Shown: positions 57,821-64,000 of the stretch, in pieces
Numbering within the stretch: position 1 is the first letter of the stretch
Layout of the letters: every line of letters starts with the position of its first letter
Assembly: GCA_001661245.1 (NCBI GenBank)
Contig: KV454011.1
Coordinates: 2,161,271 to 2,225,270, forward strand
Length of the DNA: 64,000 nt
Reading direction: 5' to 3'
DNA from: Pachysolen tannophilus NRRL Y-2460
Taxonomy: Eukaryota
Position numbers and translations under genes: made by a program
Notes under the pieces: generated by a model
Databases searched by the model: none
The model's input: the letters and a program-made list of their open reading frames with translations, nothing else
Told to the model about the DNA's origin: nothing

Positions 57821-60586
57821 ATGAGGCTGACACGGGTTTTGTCGTTGTTGCTATTTGTGTTTGTTCCGATAATATCTTGTGCTCTATTGGGTATTGATTA
57901 TGGTCAAGAGTTTACTAAATCTGTATTGGTATCACCAGGTGTTCCTTTTGAAATAGTTTTAACTAGAGATTCTAAGAGGAAGGATACTTCTGGGCTAGCT
58001 TTGAAGCAATTGCCGAATAAGGAGATTGAACGTATTTATGGGTCAGCAACGGCGTCTTATTGTGCTAGATTACCAAATGCTTGTTTGTTACATTTAAAAT
58101 CATTGTTGGGAAAATCTATTGATGATAATAATGAGATTACAAATTATCTTTCAATGCATAAAGGTGTATCATTGGTTCCATCGAAAAATGGCCGTCATAC
58201 TATTGCATTTGATTTGGCCAAGATGGGGGTTTTTTCAATTGAAGAAGCTGTTGGTATGTCAATAAGCGAAATTAAAGAAAGAGCTCAACATCATTTACAA
58301 ATTGCAAATTCAGGTGCTGGCTACTCAACAATTCATGATGTTGTCATCACAGTTCCTAGTTTTTTCACACAAGCACAAAGAGCCGCCATTAGGGATGCTG
58401 CAGAAATTGCAAATTTGAAATTAGTTGGTTTGGTGGATGATGGAACCGCCGTTGCTGTTAATTATGTATCTTCAAGACAATTCGATAACCTGAAACATTA
58501 TCATATTATTTATGATATGGGCGCTGGATCTACAAAGGCAACTTTATTCTCAGTTACAGCTAATCAAACGACTGGTGCTTCAAATGTTGAAATTGAAGGT
58601 GTCGGGTTTGATGATAATCTTGGAGGTCATCATTTAACTAAAACAGTTATGGATATCTTGAAAGAAAAATTCCTTAAACAATATCCTAAAGTTAAAGCTT
58701 CAGCTTTTGAAAATAATGAAAGAGCTATGGCTAGATTATGGCAATCTGCTGAAAAGGCAAAAATCGTCTTGAGTGCAAATAATGATGCAAGAGTTACAAT
58801 AGAAAATTTATTTAATGATATTGATTTTAAAACTGTTGTAAGTCGTGATGAATTTGAAAATGTAAATCAAGATTTAATAATCAGGATGTTAAACCCTGTC
58901 TTGGATATTTTTAAAAGGCCGTTAAACAAGGAATTAACAATTGACGTTAATGCAATAGAATCAGTCATCTTAACCGGTGGTGCCACAAGAACTCCATTTG
59001 TTCAACAACATTTAAATTCTTTAATTGGAGGTAGCACTTCAATTGCTAAAAATGTCAATGCAGATGAGGCTGCCGTCTTGGGTGCTACTTTACGTGGAGT
59101 TTTATTATCTAAAATGTTTAAAGCTAAAGATATTTCAGTCATTGAAAGATCACTTTACGATTATCAAATTTCAATAAATAATAGTGACACATTTATTGAT
59201 CTTTTCCCAAGAGGTTCAATTTTAGGTGAAACTACTACTCTTGAATTAACTGATTTATTTAATACCACACATGATTTTTCAATAAATTTGTATGAAAATG
59301 CTGAATTATATGTTACCCAAGAATTCAAAAATATTGAAAAGGCCATTTCTGTCTTGGACTTAAACGAAACACAATGTGCAGGAGGTGTTAAATATTTTGT
59401 TACTTTTAAAATTTCTGAAAGTAAGTTTTTTTCATTAGAAAAACTTCAAGCTAAATGTATTGCTGGAGAAAAGAGTTTATTTGAGAAAATTATTGGCTCT
59501 GATAAAGAAGATAAAGAAGATGATGAAATTATTCTTGATACTAAAACAGAAGACGATGCCAAAAATAAGAAAAAGAAAATATCAACCATCTTATATGGTA
59601 AAAATACTTATGCTAAGGCTCGTCCAATGAGTAGTGTTACAAAACAGTCATCAATTGAAAAATTGAGAGAACTTTCGAAAAAAGATGCTGTCAGAAAGCA
59701 ACAGGATGAAACCAGAAATCTCTTAGAAGGTGCATTATATGATTTGCGTTCCTATGTTCAAGATGATAGCGATGTTTTGAAAAATGCTCCACAAGATTTA
59801 ATTGACGATGCTTCTGATTTACTGAGTGAATATTTGGAATGGTTGGATTATGAAAGTGATAATGCATCAACTGATTTATTAAAGCAGAAGCTTCAGGATG
59901 TGAAAATTGCTAAACTGAAAATTCAGACTTATTTAGAATATTTGAATTTACCATTAGATAAAAGTGAATTCAATAAACTTCATAAAGAAGGACTTCAGAC
60001 AATGCATGATCTACAAGATATCATGTTAACCATGGCTGAAGATGCTTCTTCTTTGCAACAGAATTTTTCAAATGTTGGATTAAACTGGGAAGAAGAGAAT
60101 AAGAAGATAAAGTTGAAATTGAAACCAATTGATGATAGTGAGGTTCAACATACTTTTATGCAGTTGAATGAAAATCTCGATAAATTGGTCACAATGTCAG
60201 TTGTAGATACCAAAGATAAAATTCAAGAAGATAAATCATCAGAGTACGATAGGGAGGAGTTGTTCGAACTACATGAAGAAATAAATGAATTGATTAAAAA
60301 ATTACAAGGCTTTAAAGATTTATTATCAAAAGCACACAAACAAAGAACAAGTGCTTTAAAGAAAGTCTTGAATAAAAAAATTGCCAAAATGATCAAGTCT
60401 GCAAAAGAATCGGCTGAAAATGAACAAAAAGAACAACAGAAAGGAAAAGAAAAGCATAAACATAAGGAACAACAAGAACAAACATCAGAAGAAATTGATG
60501 ATGAGTTTTACGATGTCACAGATGATAAACGTAGTGGTGGTAGTGAAGAGTCTTCAGAATCAGATGTTGACCATGATGAGTTGTAA
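57821..60586 (+). CDS. LHS1: ER Hsp70/Grp170 nucleotide-exchange chaperone
   Basis: Signal peptide, LLGIDYGQEF, YDMGAGST, LTGGATRTP, C-terminal HDEL. Confidence 0.95.
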   Translation: MRLTRVLSLLLFVFVPIISCALLGIDYGQEFTKSVLVSPGVPFEIVLTRDSKRKDTSGLALKQLPNKEIERIYGSATASYCARLPNACLLHLKSLLGKSIDDNNEITNYLSMHKGVSLVPSKNGRHTIAFDLAKMGVFSIEEAVGMSISEIKERAQHHLQIANSGAGYSTIHDVVITVPSFFTQAQRAAIRDAAEIANLKLVGLVDDGTAVAVNYVSSRQFDNLKHYHIIYDMGAGSTKATLFSVTANQTTGASNVEIEGVGFDDNLGGHHLTKTVMDILKEKFLKQYPKVKASAFENNERAMARLWQSAEKAKIVLSANNDARVTIENLFNDIDFKTVVSRDEFENVNQDLIIRMLNPVLDIFKRPLNKELTIDVNAIESVILTGGATRTPFVQQHLNSLIGGSTSIAKNVNADEAAVLGATLRGVLLSKMFKAKDISVIERSLYDYQISINNSDTFIDLFPRGSILGETTTLELTDLFNTTHDFSINLYENAELYVTQEFKNIEKAISVLDLNETQCAGGVKYFVTFKISESKFFSLEKLQAKCIAGEKSLFEKIIGSDKEDKEDDEIILDTKTEDDAKNKKKKISTILYGKNTYAKARPMSSVTKQSSIEKLRELSKKDAVRKQQDETRNLLEGALYDLRSYVQDDSDVLKNAPQDLIDDASDLLSEYLEWLDYESDNASTDLLKQKLQDVKIAKLKIQTYLEYLNLPLDKSEFNKLHKEGLQTMHDLQDIMLTMAEDASSLQQNFSNVGLNWEEENKKIKLKLKPIDDSEVQHTFMQLNENLDKLVTMSVVDTKDKIQEDKSSEYDREELFELHEEINELIKKLQGFKDLLSKAHKQRTSALKKVLNKKIAKMIKSAKESAENEQKEQQKGKEKHKHKEQQEQTSEEIDDEFYDVTDDKRSGGSEESSESDVDHDEL

Positions 60587-60910
60587 TTTAGGTTTAGAAA
60601 GTTCAATTAATAATTCTTTTTAATTTTACTTAATTTCTACTGATTATTTTTTTTTTTATTCGTTGTGATGTAATTTATAAGAAAACAATATTTTCAAATA
60701 CCAATATAAATAAGTAATTCTATACTATAGTAGTTTTCTGGACTTTTAGAATTGGCCAAGTTAACCAAGACTTTAGCCAAGTTGATTAAGTTAAACTGTT
60801 AAACGAGTAATAACTCCCATTTAAAATTAGTCATAGAAAGAAAGAATTAAAAGTTACTAAACGATTTTAACAACGAAAAATGAATAACAAAAATAAAAAT
60901 AAATACAGAC

Positions 60911-62719
60911 CTAGTCAAGTTTTGTGGTAATATCCCCCATACCATTTTCGATCACCTGCTTGAGCTTGATTTCATCAAAATCGTCAACTTCCAGATACTC
61001 TTCATACCATCCTTTTTCGAAAAAGGTGCTGACTGGAGTACCTTTTATTGGCCATATCCAACAAAGTATACAGTAGACGAAGAAAGACGCAAAGTATCCA
61101 CAGAAATAACTTAAATAGTATGGATACATAGCACCACCTGGAACTGTATGTGCACCGGTATCACCAACAAAACCAGTAATGTTTGGAGCAATTCCACAAA
61201 TATATGACAAATATGCTCTCCAATTACAGCCAATAGTATTATATCTATAAATACCATTTTTCTCTCCAGAATACAAGTCAAAGATATTAAGGTAACCTCT
61301 TCTAACGACGTAGTAATCTGCAGTGACCACTCCGGAGATTGCAGATAAGAAAACTGCGTATGCCGATAAGTAAGTAGTAAAGTTACTTGAAGATGAATCT
61401 AAGTTCCAAGGACAAATACAAAGTGCAAGAGCAGCACAAATATAACCACCTCTTCTAATGTTGATATACCTGGGTAATAATGCTGTCATATCTGTACCTG
61501 CAGATAATGAGTTTGCTGAAATATTGGTACCCAACTGTGCAAGAGCAAATGCAAAAGCAATAAAGAAAACACCAGCCCTATTACCACTTGTAAAATTGTC
61601 CAAGAATAATGCCAAAACATCTAATGGTGACCACAAGACAGAACCATCTGAGGTAAGCAAAGAACTAGAGGAAGAAACTAAGATACCAATTAAACCAGTA
61701 AGACTGAAACAAAGTGGAATAAATATTAACTGAGACCAAACAGCAGCAGCAGGTTTATTGGCAAAACGAGAAAAATCAGGAGCATTGACAATTAATGTAC
61801 AAAAATTAGCCAAAGCATTCATTGTTGACTTAACAAAAGCCCAACCAAATGCAGAACCTGTAAGAGTAGATTTTTCATGTATAACTGAACCAATTCCATC
61901 TGCCTTTTTAATTGTCCATATTAAAAATGCTATTCCAGCTATTGGAACAATACAAGCTTTCACTGTAAATAAATGTCTAATAGTTTGAGGAGGAAACCAA
62001 ATTGCTGGTAATGAAAAGAGCCAAAATAGAAAAAAACCTAAAAATTGAAACGTAGTTGCGTTTGGACTTGCAATACCATCAGGAATCCTTGTATTCAAAT
62101 CATTACCAAAAATTGCTTCAAGCATAATTTGTACACATTGGCCACCAATCCAAGATTGAACACCATACCAAACAATGGCCATGACAACACGATTTATAAT
62201 AGGCCATATTGAACCAAATACACCAAAGGATGCTCTACAAGAAACTGGAAAACTTACATGATAATAAGATCCAACTTTCGACGAAACAACAATAAATACA
62301 CCCACAATTCCATAACCAAGCCAAACTGTTATCCACACTGCCCACCAAGGTAAACCTGCTTCTACACCAGTGGCTGCAATTTGCCAAGTATTAATATTAA
62401 AAGAATCTGCAACCCAAAAGAATACAAAGTTATACCATTTCCAAGTCCTTCTTTCACTTTCCACTGGTTTTAAATCCGCATTATATAAAAATAATTCTTT
62501 TACTGAAAGATCACCTTTTTTCTCAAGTTCAATCTTACCTATTACACTCTTTATTGCAGTACTGAATTTCCCACGTCTTTTAATATTTGTAGAATTACCT
62601 GAATAAGAACCTAACGAGTTTTCATAATCTTCAATATCGCCATTTTTCAGTTCTTCAAGTACATTAACTTCAAAAGTTGCTTTATTTTTCTGTTCAGTAG
62701 TTATAATATCCAGGTCCAT
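60911..62719 (-). CDS. NCS1 nucleobase permease (Dal4/Fur4 family; allantoin/uracil)
   Basis: FWVADSFNINTWQI, NAPDFSRF, GTNISANS, INIRRG and PWNL motifs; GATA-rich promoter favours a Dal4-like role. Confidence 0.9.
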   Translation of the reverse strand: MDLDIITTEQKNKATFEVNVLEELKNGDIEDYENSLGSYSGNSTNIKRRGKFSTAIKSVIGKIELEKKGDLSVKELFLYNADLKPVESERRTWKWYNFVFFWVADSFNINTWQIAATGVEAGLPWWAVWITVWLGYGIVGVFIVVSSKVGSYYHVSFPVSCRASFGVFGSIWPIINRVVMAIVWYGVQSWIGGQCVQIMLEAIFGNDLNTRIPDGIASPNATTFQFLGFFLFWLFSLPAIWFPPQTIRHLFTVKACIVPIAGIAFLIWTIKKADGIGSVIHEKSTLTGSAFGWAFVKSTMNALANFCTLIVNAPDFSRFANKPAAAVWSQLIFIPLCFSLTGLIGILVSSSSSLLTSDGSVLWSPLDVLALFLDNFTSGNRAGVFFIAFAFALAQLGTNISANSLSAGTDMTALLPRYINIRRGGYICAALALCICPWNLDSSSSNFTTYLSAYAVFLSAISGVVTADYYVVRRGYLNIFDLYSGEKNGIYRYNTIGCNWRAYLSYICGIAPNITGFVGDTGAHTVPGGAMYPYYLSYFCGYFASFFVYCILCWIWPIKGTPVSTFFEKGWYEEYLEVDDFDEIKLKQVIENGMGDITTKLD

Positions 62720-62752
62720 TTTCTCAAATTCTAACTAACCAAAAAAACCACT

Positions 62753-63846
62753 TTATCGTTCTCCAATACTTCTCAGATACTATCTATCTATTCAAACTCA
62801 AGTTCCCACCAGACACATATATGTCTTGAATACTATCTTCAGTGATGGTGTATTTGTTCATTATATATGTAAGTATATACAATATGCACAACAGTTATTC
62901 AAAATTATGCATATCGTTTATTATAACTTATCTGTTACTAGATAAGCTTTATGATAAACTTTTCAACTGCACTGGACAAAAAGGCAGTCAATAGGGCCTT
63001 ATTAGGGGCATCAAGAAGGGCCTCAATAGGGCTTCTCCGTAATTGGAAAATCTTTAAAAGGGAAACTTGATGCTTTTAGTGGACCGTAAAGACGGCGATG
63101 TAAGGTACGATAAACTATTATGATAAGAGACAAGAGAAAAAGACATAAAAAAGCTTAAAAAAACCATCAAAAGGAATAGTACCCGTAACGCAGGTTTATG
63201 ACCTTTTTGTCCATAAAGTTTGCAGATAAGATAGCAACAAAAGCAAGGCTAAGTGAACTTTAATATAGATAAAAGCAAGCTCACTGAAAAGCCTGTTGAA
63301 ACACTATGTTAGAATCTAGTGTAACTTAACTGATGATGATGATGATATTTTTTTTTTTTTGTTTCACTTGCAAAAGTTGGGGAAATAGGCAAAATCTTAT
63401 TATGAGGCTAAATGAAGATGATTTTTGAAAGTTTTCACTGAGTTGATTACTTGATGAGAAGAAAAGAACTCCGTATGACGCTTAACTAACTTTGATTTTT
63501 TTCTTCGGGGTTGTCCATAACTCGTTATTGTGGTTTGGGCCGTAATTGGAAACCCGGATGCAGTGATTCGTACAAGGTAGAGAATAGCGCTAAATACAGT
63601 TGAAAGATAGAAAAAGTTCTTTTTGCTTTTTTCTGTTTTTAATTGGCGACTGTTTCATACGGAGAAAGGCTGTTTCTTATCGGGGAAACCAGTGATTGTA
63701 GATCAAAAAAACACTAGCGGCTGATGTTATCGGAGAATTTTTAGGAAAATGATCATCCTACGTACTTAAAAATATTGACAAATTTAATCTAGTCAATAAT
63801 GGGGAATGTTATTGGATATTTTTGATATTTTTGATATCTTCGATAA
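62753..63846. promoter_or_regulatory. Cluster of GATAA(G) nitrogen-catabolite (Gln3/Gat1-type) sites
   Basis: GATAAG/CTTATC at 62927, 62941, 63122, 63225 and 63676, plus about six more GATAA/TTATC. Confidence 0.65.
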
Positions 63847-63942
63847 AAAGGCTAAAACTAGACAATACATATATTTAATAACTTAAAACCCAAGAGGTAG
63901 AAAAAAAAAATTTTTTTTAAAATAAAAAATAACAAATTAACA

Positions 63943-64000
63943 ATGTCATTTTCCAATTATATTTCTTGGGTTGATGGTTCTTTGATATCATCCTATTTTT
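63943..64000 (+). CDS. Possible start of a divergently transcribed gene (MSFSNYISWVDGSLISSYF...), cut off by the window end
   Basis: ATG in an A-rich context (ttaacaATGtca); frame open to the window edge. Confidence 0.3.
   Translation, partial: MSFSNYISWVDGSLISSYF

Noticed and set aside
1..64000. Transposons, CRISPR arrays, rRNA, horizontally acquired bacterial genes
   Set aside because: No RT, integrase or transposase motifs, LTRs or repeat-spacer arrays seen; the long ORFs look like ordinary yeast genes in conserved neighbourhoods.

Overview
This is AT-rich, gene-dense nuclear DNA from a budding yeast (Saccharomycotina). It holds about 30 protein-coding genes and no recognisable tRNA, rRNA, transposon or CRISPR feature. 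Many gene neighbourhoods match S. cerevisiae as I recall them: SNF2-YPK9-YOR292C-RPS10, TAF7-MTF1, PEF1-SPR3, CIR1-TDA10, REC107-LSM8-MDE1, RET1-PTP2/PTP3-YOS1 and MUD2-LHS1. I reconstructed 13 spliceosomal introns in 10 genes, including a 4-exon YOS1 that the ORF track misses entirely. The main signal is a non-standard genetic code. In-frame CTG codons fall at positions where homologs carry Ala, Ser or other small residues, and they give implausible poly-Leu tracts under the standard code. CUG=Ala (translation table 26, Pachysolen-type clade) fits best; CUG=Ser is the alternative. Other points of interest: a retained eIF3k; an RPS10 promoter with Homol-D, Tbf1 and Cbf1 motifs plus an orphan B-box; an intronless MER2/REC107; a U2AF65-like MUD2; an in-frame stop-free intron; an AUGA-overlapping uORF on NMD4; and a 41-bp palindrome with a CCGA cluster upstream of SNF2. 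All homology calls rest on recalled motifs, not database searches.
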